Part shown: positions 41,118 through 53,420 of the stretch, in pieces | Layout of the letters: each line of letters begins with the position of its first letter | How positions within the stretch are numbered: position 1 is the stretch's first letter | Source of the DNA: Macrostomum lignano | Lineage: Eukaryota | DNA: 64,000 nucleotides | Direction: 5' to 3' | Assembly: GCA_002269645.1 (NCBI GenBank) | Contig: NIVC01002127.1 | Coordinates: forward strand, 1 to 64,000 | Translations under genes and position numbers: made by a program | The notes under the pieces: generated by a model | Database searches by the model: none | What the model was told of the DNA's origin: nothing | Seen by the model: the letters and a program-made list of their open reading frames with translations, nothing else

Positions 41118-41255
41118 TGTCACTGGGTTAATGTCACTGAGCCAATGTCACTGGGCCAATGTCACTGGGCCAATGTCACTGGGCCAATGTCACTGGGCCA
41201 ATGTCACTGGGCCAATGTCACTGGGCCAATGTCACTGGGCCAATGTCACTGGGCC
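41118..41255. repeat. Minisatellite, 14-bp unit, inside the cargo element
   Basis: gggccaatgtcact. Confidence 0.9.
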
Positions 41256-41581
41256 AGTGCCCATAATGCATAAGCAACTGATGGATCAGACCTTGCTGGC
41301 AAAAGTGATCTTCCAGTCCTCCAGACCTTCCAGGCCTCGCACAGAGCCAAGAGCACAGGTGCGTCAGATAACGCAGTAGGCAGAATGCCCTCTAATTGCC
41401 CTCTCCAGCAGGCAGATGCGGTCTCTGGGCTGCGAACTGTCACCTGCCCTATGCCAATGTAAACTGTGCGCCCCCACCCATGCTGCAGCTGCCGCTTGCG
41501 TACATAAAAGCTAGACCTGTGCGAAAACAATTCAGTTTTCGTTTTTTAAAGAAATAAGATTTCAAGACCTGCGGTGTTGCA

Positions 41582-43280
41582 ATGAGCCTTGGAGACTCCA
41601 GCGACAGCTCGATTTCGGACGCGCCTCCCGCTACCCCAAATTCTCTCTGCATCATCTGCGACCAAGCTGCAGTCGGTGTGGCTCCGTTCTCCCGCTGCCA
41701 CATGTGCAGTCAACACCTCAGTGTCGATGTGGCCAATCTATTCAAGCTCAAGGAGGAGGTCGAAGAGCTGCTGCGTGCCTACTCACAGGAGTCACAAGAC
41801 TCACATGACTCAAAAGAGTCACAAGAGTCACAAGAGTCACAAGAGTCACAAGAGTCACAAGGCGCAGCAGGTGCAGCTGGCCGTGCAGCGCTGCTGCAAC
41901 CAAGACAAGACGCTGAGTCGCTGCGTCGTCTCGCTCTCGACATCCAACAGCAGCTGCAAGAGGTCAATCACAAATTCGATTTGGTACAGCAACACATCGA
42001 CTCGTTTCGTAGCAAGGTGACGGGCCAGCTCTCAGGTGTGCTTGAGGCAGTGCGTGTGTGCGAGCGGGACCTCGAGGGCGTCTCCCAGCTACAAGCAGGA
42101 GGTGGCCACGGCGGAGGCTGCAGGCGACATGGCGGAGCTGCTTCGCCTGGTCGAGTCCATGCACGAATCGCTTGGAGACTTGGAGGCCGACTTTGAGAGG
42201 TCAGAGCGCCTGCTCAGCGACCAGAGCGACAATGAGGAGCTGTAGCTGCGGCTTCTGGGCCAGCTCGAGCGGGTGGTCGGCATTTGTGCGGGACGTAGTG
42301 AAGACGGTGACTGGTCGAGAGACGCTGCGGTGAACGCGACATCCGAGGAAATAGACGCTGCTGAGAGAGAGAGAGAATGTTGGAACCGATGGTCTTCAGT
42401 CACGAGGTGAAGCTGGATGGCGATGTTCGGTGTCTGGCTGTGTGCAGCGACACCAGCGGATTCGTTGGTGACCGCTCAGGCCGTGTGGTTCGTGCCGACT
42501 CAGCGAGAGACGGCAGCGAGGCTCTGCCTCAACCCTGCATCTTGACAATCATACTTTTCCGACAGAGACCACCTACTGGTGCTGTCGGTGGACGGCTCAC
42601 AGAAGTTGCGATGCCACTGCAACATCGACTTGAAGAATATCATCCGTGGACTTCACTGCGACCGTCAGCTGCTTTTCATTGCTCAGCGTGACGCAGTGAC
42701 AGTGACGGACCTAAGCGGTTGCGAGGTACGTCGAGTCCGCCCACACATCGTGGGCTTCGGTGACATCTGTGGAATCGGCGGCAACGCAGCCTCCGTGTTT
42801 GTGTCCAGTGGAAACAAAATTGCTGCATTCAGCAAAACGACTTGGCAGATGGAGACGGTCATCACGCTGTCTCAGCTTCCTGATGCTCGACTGGGTAACC
42901 TGGTGACTCACGACAACTGCATCCTGGTGAGAGACTGGAAGCACAAGCAGGTGCACAGAGTGCGCATCGACACCCAGCAGCTGGTGGCCTCTTTCCCGAC
43001 TCAGCGTTCCGGCCTACGACAGTTTGGTGGTCCAGCCGATGTGGCCGTCGACAGCAGAGGCCGCCTGTTCGTGAGTGAATTCGCTGGTCACTCAGTGCGA
43101 GCGGTGGCTGCAGACGACGGGTCGCTGCTGTGGACTCTGGGGACTCCGGGCGTGAGCGGCAGTGGAGACGGCAGATTCAACAGACCATGGGGTCTGGCGG
43201 TGGTGACGGGAGGTCCGCGCGAGCAGCTGGTGTTGGCTGACTTTATGAATAGCAGACTGCAGGTGTTCAGTTCATCCTAA
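41582..43280 (+). pseudogene. Intronless Zn-motif / coiled-coil / NHL-repeat (TRIM-NHL-like) reading frame, disrupted (cargo)
   Basis: N-terminal CxxC..CxxC, (SQE)n run, coiled coil, and C-terminal NHL repeats (FGGPADVAVDSRGRLFVSE; FNRPWGLAV..ADFMNSRLQVF). At least three frame changes (about 42080, 42370, 42560) and an in-frame TAG at 42243-42245. Confidence 0.75.
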
Positions 43281-43520
43281 TTTTATTCACATGCCGAATA
43301 TTAATCGGACTGTGGGGTTTCTGCAGTTGATTGATTTATTGGAGGCCGGGTTTTCATTAGATTTTTTTCCATTGTATTATGCAATTTCTTACATTTTATG
43401 ACCCTCTTTGTCTGATAATTGTTCATCAAGTCCAATATAATCAGAATTTATATTTATTGAATAGAAGCACATTAAATATTATGCATGTATTAAGTAATTA
43501 AATTAAAGTCGCGTTGATCC

Positions 43521-43831
43521 CATGGAGGAAAGAATAGAGTGAAGTGCTAATCTGAGCCAGTTATTTTTGTCTCGCTCGATCTTAACTTTTAACATCCCTT
43601 TCCCCCCGTTCTTTCCTATTGGCTCGTGACTGCCATAGACAAAGTATTTTTCGTCTCGTTTTCTTTTCTGTTCCCCTCTGAAAGGTATGTCCCAGCATAG
43701 TACGAGCTCGCATCAAAATATGCTCTCAGCCAATAGGAAGGAACGGGGGGAAAGGGATGTTAAAAGTTAAGATCGAGCGAGATAAAAATAACTGGCTCAG
43801 ATTAGCACTCCATTCTATTCTTTCCTCCATG
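43521..43831. mobile_element. 311-bp MITE-like palindrome formed by an internal left-TIR copy and the right TIR of the large element
   Basis: About 105-bp inverted repeats (43521-43625 vs about 43725-43831). Its own flanks (gttgatcc / gttaaaaa) do not form a TSD. Confidence 0.7.
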
Positions 43832-44329
43832 GTTAAAAACTGGAATTCATTTTAATAGTTTAAGATCTACATATTCTATACTGCATTAGGAAAAGTACAT
43901 GCCAGCAAGTATTTTTGATTATTATTTGTTTTTCATTTCCTACAAATGTTAATCCTTCATGAAAATTGCTTTCCTAGATTTACATGTACAAGTACGCTAG
44001 CTGTAGTATAAGCTCTATTCTTAATCTGCTGCAATATACATGTACGATCGTAGCTAAGCCGATTCGCATGTATTCATAAAACAAGTAGGTATAGTGTTGT
44101 CGGTAATCCATGCAGGGAACGAGAAGTTTGTCGCCGAATAAAGCTATACTGTCGCCAGAAACTCATGTACGATCGATACTTGTGTAACAGCTTCTGTTTT
44201 AGATAATGTAAATGCGTTAAAAATACATGTACAAAATTAAGACACCCACAGACTCCCACTATCAGTGGCGTACGAAGGAATTTTTTTTGAATCAAAGGTA
44301 CCACAAACCTATCGGGCACCAATATCTGG

Positions 44330-45022
44330 CGTCTTGGTGGCGCCCCTGTTTATTGGTGGGCACCCCTGTCTTTTGGTGGGCGTCCCTGTCTCTTGGTGGG
44401 CGCCCCTGTTCCTTGGTGGCACCCCTGTTCCTTGGTGGGCGCCCCTGTCTCTTGGTCGGCGCCCCTGTCTCTTGGTGGGCGCCCCTGTTCCTTGGTGGCG
44501 CCCCTGTTCCTTGGTGGGCGCCCCTGTCTCTTGGTGGGCGCCCCTGTCTCTTGGTGGGCGCCCCTGTTCCTTGGTGGCGCCCCTGTTCCTTGGTGGGCGC
44601 CCCTGTCTCTTGAATTGGCGCTCCTGTCTCTTGGTGGACGCCACTGTCTCTTGGTGACGCCCCTGTTTATTGGTGGGCGCCCCTGTCTTTTGGTGGGCGT
44701 CCCTGTCTCTTGGGTTGGCGCTCCTGTCTCTTGGTGGACGCCACTGTTTCTTGGTGGGCGCCCCTGTCTCTTGGTGGGCGCCCCTGTCTCTTGGTGGGCG
44801 CCCCTGTTCCTTGGTGGCGCCCCTGTTCCTTGGTGGGCGCCCCTGTCTCTTGGTCGGCGCCCCTGTCTCTTGGTGGGCGCCCCTGTCTCTTGGTGGGCGC
44901 CCCTGTCTCTTGGTGGGCGCCCCTGTTCCTTGGTGGCGCCCCTGTTCCTTGGTGGGCGCCCCTGTCTCTTGGTCGGCGCCCCTGTCTCTTGGTGGGCGCC
45001 CCTGCCTCTTGGTGGCGCCCCT
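44330..45022. repeat. Minisatellite, 19-20-bp unit
   Basis: ggtgggcgcccctgtctctt variants. Confidence 0.95.
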
Positions 45023-48000
45023 GTCGGGGGGGGGGGGAATCGATCACAATGGTGAAGATTTTCAAAGCTCAGGGACAAGCTAGCTGATCAATTGGGGTGA
45101 CGATGGCGAGGTTTGCTCGAGGACGGGCCGAAGCAACTTATTATATTTATAGGCCACATGAGAGTCACATGGTGACGTCACCATCGAGCCGTACGTTAAT
45201 TGGCTGGAAAAAGGGTGTCTAGGAATGTGGCTTAGGATGAGTCACTGCGGGATCAGTGCAGGGGTAATGGGTGATTGCATGGACAGGTGAGAGTAATAAA
45301 TCACTACAAATGACAATCTGACATATACATGTAGGTCACGCTTGTTGATACAATTTGTAGTTTCAAACATAAGAGCAAAAAGAGGGTGACATTTAAGTGT
45401 GAATCGCACAACAACCCGGAGGTCAAATTTTCATGCACAGAGTCAGACGTACGCGTTTCCACTGGACATGGATTGCCGTCTATAGAAACAAAATGGCTTG
45501 CAGAAATTTCTGGGCAAATAAAATAACGCAATCCAGGCCACCCTTTGAGAATATGATGATAATAAAGTCATGAAGTATAATTTATGGAAAATAAAAGTCT
45601 CGAGTGAGCAGATATTCGAGAGCATCAACCATTAAGCATTCTCTCATTGACAGCCTCTCTACTGAACAAGAAATATAAATCAATGCAGGAATTCAACCTC
45701 TGAAAGCTTTCTAACTCCTGCAGCAAATCTTAACTTCTCACCTTCTAGACTTCCAAAAAGTCATATTCGAGTGTGTAATATGAATCGAGTCTGAGCTAGA
45801 GTCTGAGTCTGAGTCTCGACTCTCAACCATATCCTATAAATTAGTAAAAGTACAACTTGAAATTTTTTAACGTTTATCCAGGATTTTCCCATGGGGTCCG
45901 CATCTTTGGAATCGCCATTTCATTTGAGGGGCCGGCATTTCATTTGAGGGGCGCCACTTCATTTGAGGGGGGGGGGCATTTAATTTGGGGGGGGGCACGG
46001 GTACCTCAATCTTAATTCTTCTCTAAGGTGGTAATCAAAGGTCTCATAGATAAAAGTTTTATTGGCATCTGCGGTAATTTCGCTGTATTTAATATCGAAA
46101 AATTGTTTAAAGTTTTGCGAATCCGCCGCTGTAATAATATTCGACCTATCTTCCTATTTATTTCGGATTTACATGCTATTTTGTATGTAAAATAGAAATT
46201 CACAATGTACTACTTCCAATAGGCAAATAGTCCGGCAAAATCGTCTTTAAGATTATGTAACTTTTTTATCTTATCAGTCAAATATATTTCTACTAAAAGT
46301 AATAATGATTAATATTTTGCACAATAGGATGTTTATCCTTGACACGGCATCAAAATCAATCGGTTTAAGAAGTCAAAATATAAAAAAATCGGAATTCTTG
46401 AAGCTATTTATGTCTTCTGATTAGGCCCTTAATTCTTAAAAGCTGCACACAGGGTAAATTGCAATTGCAGAATAGTCGATTCGATCGATTCTGAAACAAG
46501 AGGCAAGACAAATTATAAAAAGTGCATATCAAAACAAAACAATCAAGTTTCTTAGTCAAAAGTACATCCTATTGAATATTTTAAGGAATTAGTGCTTGTG
46601 ATAGGAAACGTTATCATCTGTCACTAAAATAGTAAAAATACATCAGGTTAATAATACAGCACTTTAGAGTTTGAAATTAACTCTTGGAAATAAATAAATT
46701 ATAATAAAAAAGAAATAGTAACATGTTGATAGCCTCACTTGTAATTCTAGAACTATTTTAGCCACTGCATGTAAATGCATGTAAATCAGTACAAACATGT
46801 ACATGCATATCTTTAGTTGAAGAAACCACAAAACACTAAAACGTTACACCGAAAAATTTAACAAGGGCTAATTATTTTTGTTAAATGTTATTCACTACGT
46901 GTGTTATAATTTACAAAAATATTGTACCACTTAGCCTAATACATTTATTAAAAACTTTAAAGTCCATGGGGGCCTTTTTTAATTTAAATGTAAATTTCAG
47001 GAAACTCAGATAAAACTGAGAAATGCAGATCTTCCTCACCAGTTGTAAAGCACAATGATCAAATACATCAAATTCGCTGCAGATACCATGTAGCCAAATG
47101 GACACATTGAAAGTAAGTACATCGCAAGGCGGTTAATCTGTTTATTTAGCGTTCAAAAATAAAAGGTAAAGACACACTATAATGGACGCATAGGTAAGAA
47201 AAACAAAAATGACTAGCTTTGGAAACATCAGTTGAATTCCTAAAATCATTTTACGAATATTAAATAATAGAAAAACTTGCGAGTGAATAAGGGAACGGAT
47301 TTCAGATGTACCTTGGGTCTCCTAGACGAGTTGGTTGAAAATTCCCGTATAAATCAAATATGTTCTCAAATAGATACTGTAAAAGAAAATTTGCTATGAA
47401 GGAATGTTTTGTTATTCCTAGTGAAAATAAAAACAGTTAAAAACATTTGTTCAAACCTAAGCTTGCAGTTAGCCCCAGTATTTTTCATATCTTTAAAACT
47501 TTGTTGAAAACAAACTTTTTAACTTCGGCATTTTTACGAGTTGCCCAATAAATCCCAATTTTAGTTTTCAAGGCCTTGATCACTGTACGTGTACAATAGT
47601 TCTTTTTAATCAATGTATTATATAGCGCTAGCAATCTATCCCGTATTACGCGTTTATTTATGTAAAAATTTTCTTTTTCTAATCGCGCCTTATTTTTGTT
47701 TAAGCACTCTATTTTTGGTTATTTCTTTCTTACATATTTGCTTCAAAAATACCCTTCATATTTAATGCCTAATAATTGCCAGCAATCCTTTTATCTGATT
47801 TTTTTGTCTGATTAATACATATAAACTTATTTTTATCACCTACGAATTCAAGTGACACCATACTTGTCTTTTAATTCCTTACTTAAATACTTTTTGCTTT
47901 GTTTGCCGTTAAAGATTTTTGAAGTTTCGTAGAAAAAAAAAATTGGCGCCCTTTCAAATACTATATTATTGTAAAACTCGCCGCACAGATCCCATTCTAT

Positions 48001-49007
48001 TGAAATAATATTAATATTAAATACACTGACATATACTGGCCAAACAGGCTTCTTGCCTGAGCCAAACTTACTACTACTACTACTAGTAATGGCTCCTCTA
48101 ATCTATATGTCAGTATATAAATATAGGTAGATAGCTTGCTCTGTGCCATCTGCGCCTGACATTTGAGGCAGAAATCCAATTCTGCAGGCCTAAGAAAATT
48201 CCCCAGAAAATAGGCCCTAGCATTATGCCAGTATCCCGAGCTATTGCACTAGGTATGCCTCTAAGTCTAATTTTAACTGTAGGTTTAAGTAATTAAAATT
48301 AAAAGCCAATGATATGAATATAATATAATATTAATGAACTAATTTTACCTTCATTTTAGAGACTTCAATAAGGGTCCTAAAGTTAAAGGCAAATTTAGGA
48401 AAAAATATGGCCTAGGACTCGACTAGCTAACTAAGTAGGCCTAAAGGATATCAGCCTTATGGAATTTCCTTGGACCCTAGCCTAGGCAGTAGCCTAGGGA
48501 GCTTTTAAGGAAATTACTATTACTAGGCCTAAGCCTAATTAGACTAGAGCCTAGGGCCTAGGCCTATGTTAGGGACCTTGTTACTAGCTATGGTCCTAGT
48601 CCCTAAAAATTGAGAATAACAATAAATTCTTTAGGGTCCCTACTAATAACTAGAATATAACTTATAAGTAATATTCTACTGATATCTCAATAAATATAAT
48701 AGCTATTCCAAATTTTACCACAATTTACTATATTTTAGATCATACATGCCCAACCTCAAAATTTCACCCGTTTAGTGCAACTTAGTTTTGTCCAGATTTG
48801 CGACTTACCTATGTACCACCACACTGAAGGACCAGGGGGGGGGGGTTAGCACGCCTTGTGCATGTTTGTGCTTATTGAAACATGGAAGTACCTCATTTCT
48901 CTTCCCTTTCTCCTGCCCTTACTTACTGATTGATTTATCATTCACTTATGTAGCATTGTACTAAACTGCATTGTAGCCTGTACCCTGTAGGCTATATTCT
49001 CTACATA

Positions 49008-49747
49008 CCATAGTCAGGAAGGTGGCAAAGTGTGCGCCGGAACAAATTTTGGCCTCTCCCAAAATTGTGCGCCGTGCGCCGACACAAAAACCCTCGTGTG
49101 CGCCGTTGTGCGCCCGCCACTACCTGCCTTGCGACAATAAAAGACCTTTTTTTACAACATAGCAACAAATTTTGTGCGCCAATATTTTCAATAAACCCTA
49201 CCCCTAATATTTCTTATAGTTATTACTATGGTACAGGCATTCAAAGTAAAAAAATATATTTTTTTTTAAAATATATATGGTTACGGGCTATCTATATTAT
49301 ATTATGAGAAATTAAGATCGTTAAACCGAAAATAGAAATTAAAAAAAAATTTAATTTAATTTCTAATTTTTAAAACAAAACAAACATAAAAAGTAAGCAA
49401 ATGGCAAAAACAAAGGTAAAAAGGAAAAGGAAAATATTTTATTTTATTTTTTATTTTTTGGTAGAATGCAGTGTTACATTAGATAGAACAGTGAATAGTG
49501 TACTGTAACAAGTAACGACTTACATCGTTACATGGGATCGCCACAAGGGTAACGCTGCATGTGGCGCGGCGCCCGCTGCGCCGCGCCGCCATGCGCCGGT
49601 GTCCTCTGGTGTGCGCCGCTGTGCGCCAGTGCGCCGCTGTGCGCTGTTGTGGCGCGCCGCTGTGCGCCGTTGTGCGCCGTTGTGTGCCCAAAAAGGGCTT
49701 GTGTGCGCCGGAATTTTCCGACCAAACTGCCACCTTCCTGACTATGG
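49008..49747. mobile_element. MITE, 740 bp, 20-bp TIR, 8-bp TSD
   Basis: TIR CCATAGTCAGGAAGGTGGCA; TSD tctacata at 49000-49007 and 49748-49755; subterminal GTGCGCC clusters at both ends. Confidence 0.9.
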
Positions 49748-49888
49748 TCTACATACTGTACTGTATATGTCTAGCAAACTAACTTGTATATGTACACTCG
49801 TGCACTCATACACACATATATATATATAGGTGTATATTCTTTGAGTCATTATATACTTCATTTAAAGATAGACCTGCACCTGACTATA

Positions 49889-51181
49889 TGAGGGCTAAGC
49901 AATAAGTTTCCAGATGTGCCCAGACAGAAATAGTTTAAGAGAAAAAACAGTTACATTTTTTCAAAGTACTTTCCAGCAGATTCGATGTAAATTTTTATGT
50001 ACTTTACCACTTGCTGAAATAGCTGGACCAATCTAAAGCAGGCACCTCTTCCACATGCCGAATGAAAGCCTCCATTGCAGCTTCTAATGATCCATAGTGG
50101 ATTTCACGCATCCTGCGCTTGATTTGTGGAAACAGGGGGCCAGGTCAGGGCTGTAGGGTGGATGACCGAGCTCTTGAATGAGCTCTCCGGCCAGGAACTC
50201 TGCCACCTGTCAAGCCTTGTGGGCCGGGGCATTGTTGTGATAGAGAAGGATGCCCCAAGCTCGAGTCCTTTGGCGATGCCTAGAGAGAGTGCTCAGCACT
50301 TCTGGCAGGCAAACATTGGCGTACTAGTCACCAGTGACTGTGTGCTGCTGCACAAGTGGAACTGTGGCCAGATGACCAGTTTTTGCCACAAAAATGGCCA
50401 CCATCTGCTTTGCCACACTGCACTCTCACCGAAGCTTGGATGGTGGGGTGCTGCCAACTGGAGTCCACTGGGCCAACTGCTGCTTAGTCTCTGGGGCGAA
50501 ACTATGGATCCAGGACTCGTCACCACTGACAATATCCCAGACCAAGTTTGAGCTGCCTCCATTGAATCTGTTGAGCATAGTGCGGCACCAGGTCACTCGA
50601 GCCTCTTTCTGCTCCGGAGTCAGCTGATGAGGCACCTAGCATGCAGAAATCTTGCTCAGGTTGAGATGTGAATGCAGGATTGTCCTGATGGATCCTGATG
50701 AAATACCCACCTCTGCCTCTATCTGGGCCAGTCACTCGGGCATCATCCTCAACCATGGCCTGGACAGCAGCAACATTATCCTCAGTTGTTGTGGAGACAG
50801 ACAAGCTGCTGCGCTCCTTATCATCCAGACTCTGCCTGCCACATCAAAATTCAGCAAACCAGTCAAAAACGGTGGATCTAGATGGTGCTTCATCCCCAAA
50901 AGCTCCTCGCAATCGCTCAAGACTTTCTTGCTGCCGCAAACCACTTTTAAAATGGTAGTAAATCATTGCTCTAAAATGACTCCTATTGAGCTCCATTGTG
51001 AATTTGATAGATAGGGTGGCTATGCTAGCTTGGTTTGGGATGCTACACTGGCTATATATGACCAGTGTGTTTGAAACTTTACAAATATTGTACTTATATA
51101 ATGTACTTGACACCTATGGTGTCAGATTTTGTCAGCTGCCTCTCAACTATGCACACCCAGAAACTTATTGCTCAGCCCTCA
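49889..51181 (-). mobile_element. Tc1/mariner element, 1293 bp, defective transposase
   Basis: TIR TGAGGGCT(A/G)AGCAATAAGTTTC with TA on both flanks. Transposase starts at 50996 (MELNRSHFRAMIYYHFK) and shows WVPHQLT, SGDESWI, HNNAPAH and HPPYSPDLAPC, with several stops and frameshifts. Confidence 0.95.
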
Positions 51182-51512
51182 TACACTGAATCCTACATGT
51201 GAATGGGATAAAAAAGGCCATGAAGACTATTCTATCAACCAGTGCCCCCTTTCTGCAGCTAAAGAGCGAAAGCCATTGCTCTTTATACAATGGAAACTTG
51301 GTCGTGTAACTCTTGGAAAAGTTAATGATTATTCTGGTGCGCATTGAATATTAGAATAAAATTTATAGCCTAGGGATCAGGTGATAGTGCAGCTGCAGCA
51401 CATTCAAGAGAACTAGAAACACCACCATCCCACACAGAATACAAAATCCAGAGGTGCAAAATCCAGAGGTTGCTTCTAATAGAGATCTATCTATGCAGAA
51501 TGCAAAAATTGA

Positions 51513-51730
51513 GATTCTTGCAAATGCAACAACCCACAGGACGTTACAACAGATAAAGCATCTGTGATGACAGGAAGTAGAGTTGGACTTACAAGTTTGC
51601 TAAAACCATGGGCAAGAAACAATTTCTTCCAACACCATTGTGCTGCACACAAATTGGAGCCTTCTATGTATCATGCCTTCAAAAATTTGCCATATATACA
51701 ATGCCTGGATACACTACTACAACGCCTAGA
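51513..51730 (+). mobile_element. hAT transposase relic
   Basis: TTDKASVMTGSRVGLTSLLK..HCAAHKLE resembles the hAT TDGAxxMxG and HCxAHxL motifs. The fragment is short, with a stop upstream and a minisatellite downstream. Confidence 0.6.
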
Positions 51731-51754
51731 GGACAGGCAAAAAATCTCCCGATT

Positions 51755-52090
51755 GCAACTTAGTTCCTCCCAATTGCAACTTAGTTCCTCCCAATTGCGA
51801 CTTAGTTCTTCCCGATTCTGACTTAGTTCCTCCTGATTGCGACTTAGTTCCTCCTGATTGCGACTTAGTTCTTCCCGATTGCGACTTAGTTCCTCCTGAT
51901 TGCAACTTAGTTCCTCCCGATTGCGACTTAGTTCCTCCCAATTGCGACTTAGTTCCTCCCAATTGCAACTTAGTTCCTCCTGATTGCAACTTAGTTCCTC
52001 CCGATTGTGACTTAGTTCCTCCCAATTGCAACTTAGTTCCTCCCGATTATGACTTAGTTCCTCCCAATTGCGACTTAGTTCCTCCTAATT
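51755..52090. repeat. Minisatellite, 21-bp unit
   Basis: gcgacttagttcctcccaatt variants. Confidence 0.95.
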
Positions 52091-52352
52091 GCTACTTAGT
52101 TCCTATGTTCTCTTTTTTTCTCTTTCTCTTTCCTCTTTCTCTCTCTCTCTTCTTCCTTTCTTTTCCTTTTCTCTTCCTCTCCTTTCTTTCTTCTCCCAAT
52201 TTTTCATTTTTCCCATTTTCAATTTTGCAACTTACCTCAGCCGGTGGCCATTTCACCCATGTGGTTCAGACAGATCGGACGGGTGTTGGGCATGTATGAC
52301 CTTAGTCACAGAAATATTTTTAATAGGGCCTATATAATATTATATATTATAC

Positions 52353-52545
52353 CAGTGGTTCTGAACCTATAGGCTGCAACTCCCGTTGGGGTTGCCTGAC
52401 CATTTTCTAGGGGTTGCAGCACCAATAAATAATAATATGTCATGCTAAATGATGCATTATATTGATTATAAAAGGGGTCACAAACAAAAAAATGATGCAA
52501 GTGAATAAATTAAGGTTGCCTGAAAAAATAGGTTGAGGACTGCTG
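52353..52545. mobile_element. hAT (Charlie-like) MITE, 193 bp
   Basis: Ends CAGTGGTTCTGAACCT / AGGTTGAGGACTGCTG (12/16 inverted match); perfect TSD tattatac at 52345-52352 and 52546-52553. Confidence 0.85.
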
Positions 52546-52711
52546 TATTATACCTACAAGAATACTAGGAAAGATTAGGCCTAGCTATTGCTAAAAGCAA
52601 CAAAATTAGTATTCTCTTTTTATTCTAAGCCTTTGACTTTAATTGATCTTGCTATAAAGTTTTTGGTTCTTTTAGTTAAATCAAATTTGAATTGAATAAG
52701 TATAAAACAAT

Positions 52712-52766
<55 letters not shown>
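52712..52766. repeat. (TA)n microsatellite
   Basis: Direct reading. Confidence 0.95.
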
Positions 52767-52767
<1 letters not shown>

Positions 52768-53420
52768 GAGTATATACGAGTATATTAATAGTTATAGAAG
52801 TTATTACCTCAATCACAGAATGTGTATGTAAATACATGCTTAACACTTGGCTGACCCTGCCAATTTTATCTGGTTGGTGAGAGGTCTTGCCTAGGTAAGT
52901 AGCAAAAATGCCAACCTGAAAAAATAGATGCATTACTAATTAGATGATGAGGCATTTAGCCCTAGTAATACAGTCATAATTACTCTTGCAGTTTATCTAA
53001 AAGTATATTAATTTTGATTTAGGATTTCTTTCATAGGTAAGTTGCATTTTTGGTCAAAAAGTAAGTTGCATGGCTTGGTGAAATTTTGAATTTGGGCATG
53101 TATGCGTATATGTAATGTCAAAAAATCTCTGTTGTTTGAGTCTTCAATCCTAGGGACTTATAAGCTGCCTACAGATTGAAGGTAAAAGCATTCATCTTTA
53201 CTTTAGCTCTCACTATCTCAATGAGAACATGGGCAGTGTGGGCACATGGCATAAAAAACCTGGCACCTAAAGTTGCCCCTGTTCTGAAACTGGCAATATA
53301 CATTTATTTCTATTTGAATATTGTCATAAAACCTAGGAAAATTCATAATGCACTCTGATCTTATTGTTACAGCCATCTCTAACCCAAGTTAAGTTTAACT
53401 GAAAGCTGCAATTGTAAAAG

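Larger units (their letters stand above)
40448..43831. mobile_element. Non-autonomous cargo-carrying DNA transposon (P-like or hAT-like), 3384 bp
   Basis: The terminal 33 bp CATGGAGGAAAGAATAGAATGGAGTGCTAATCT are a perfect inverted repeat and similarity continues inward. Flanks gttcaaaa (40440-40447) and gttaaaaa (43832-43839) match at 7/8. No transposase is recognisable inside. Confidence 0.75.

Noticed and set aside
44227-45087. Many overlapping ORFs on both strands
   Set aside because: They derive from the 19-20-bp minisatellite.
47030-47110. Exon-like segment (WLHGIC on the minus strand; AG..GT on the plus strand)
   Set aside because: Plus frames contain stops, and the minus motif lacks the other PHD ligands and a partner exon.
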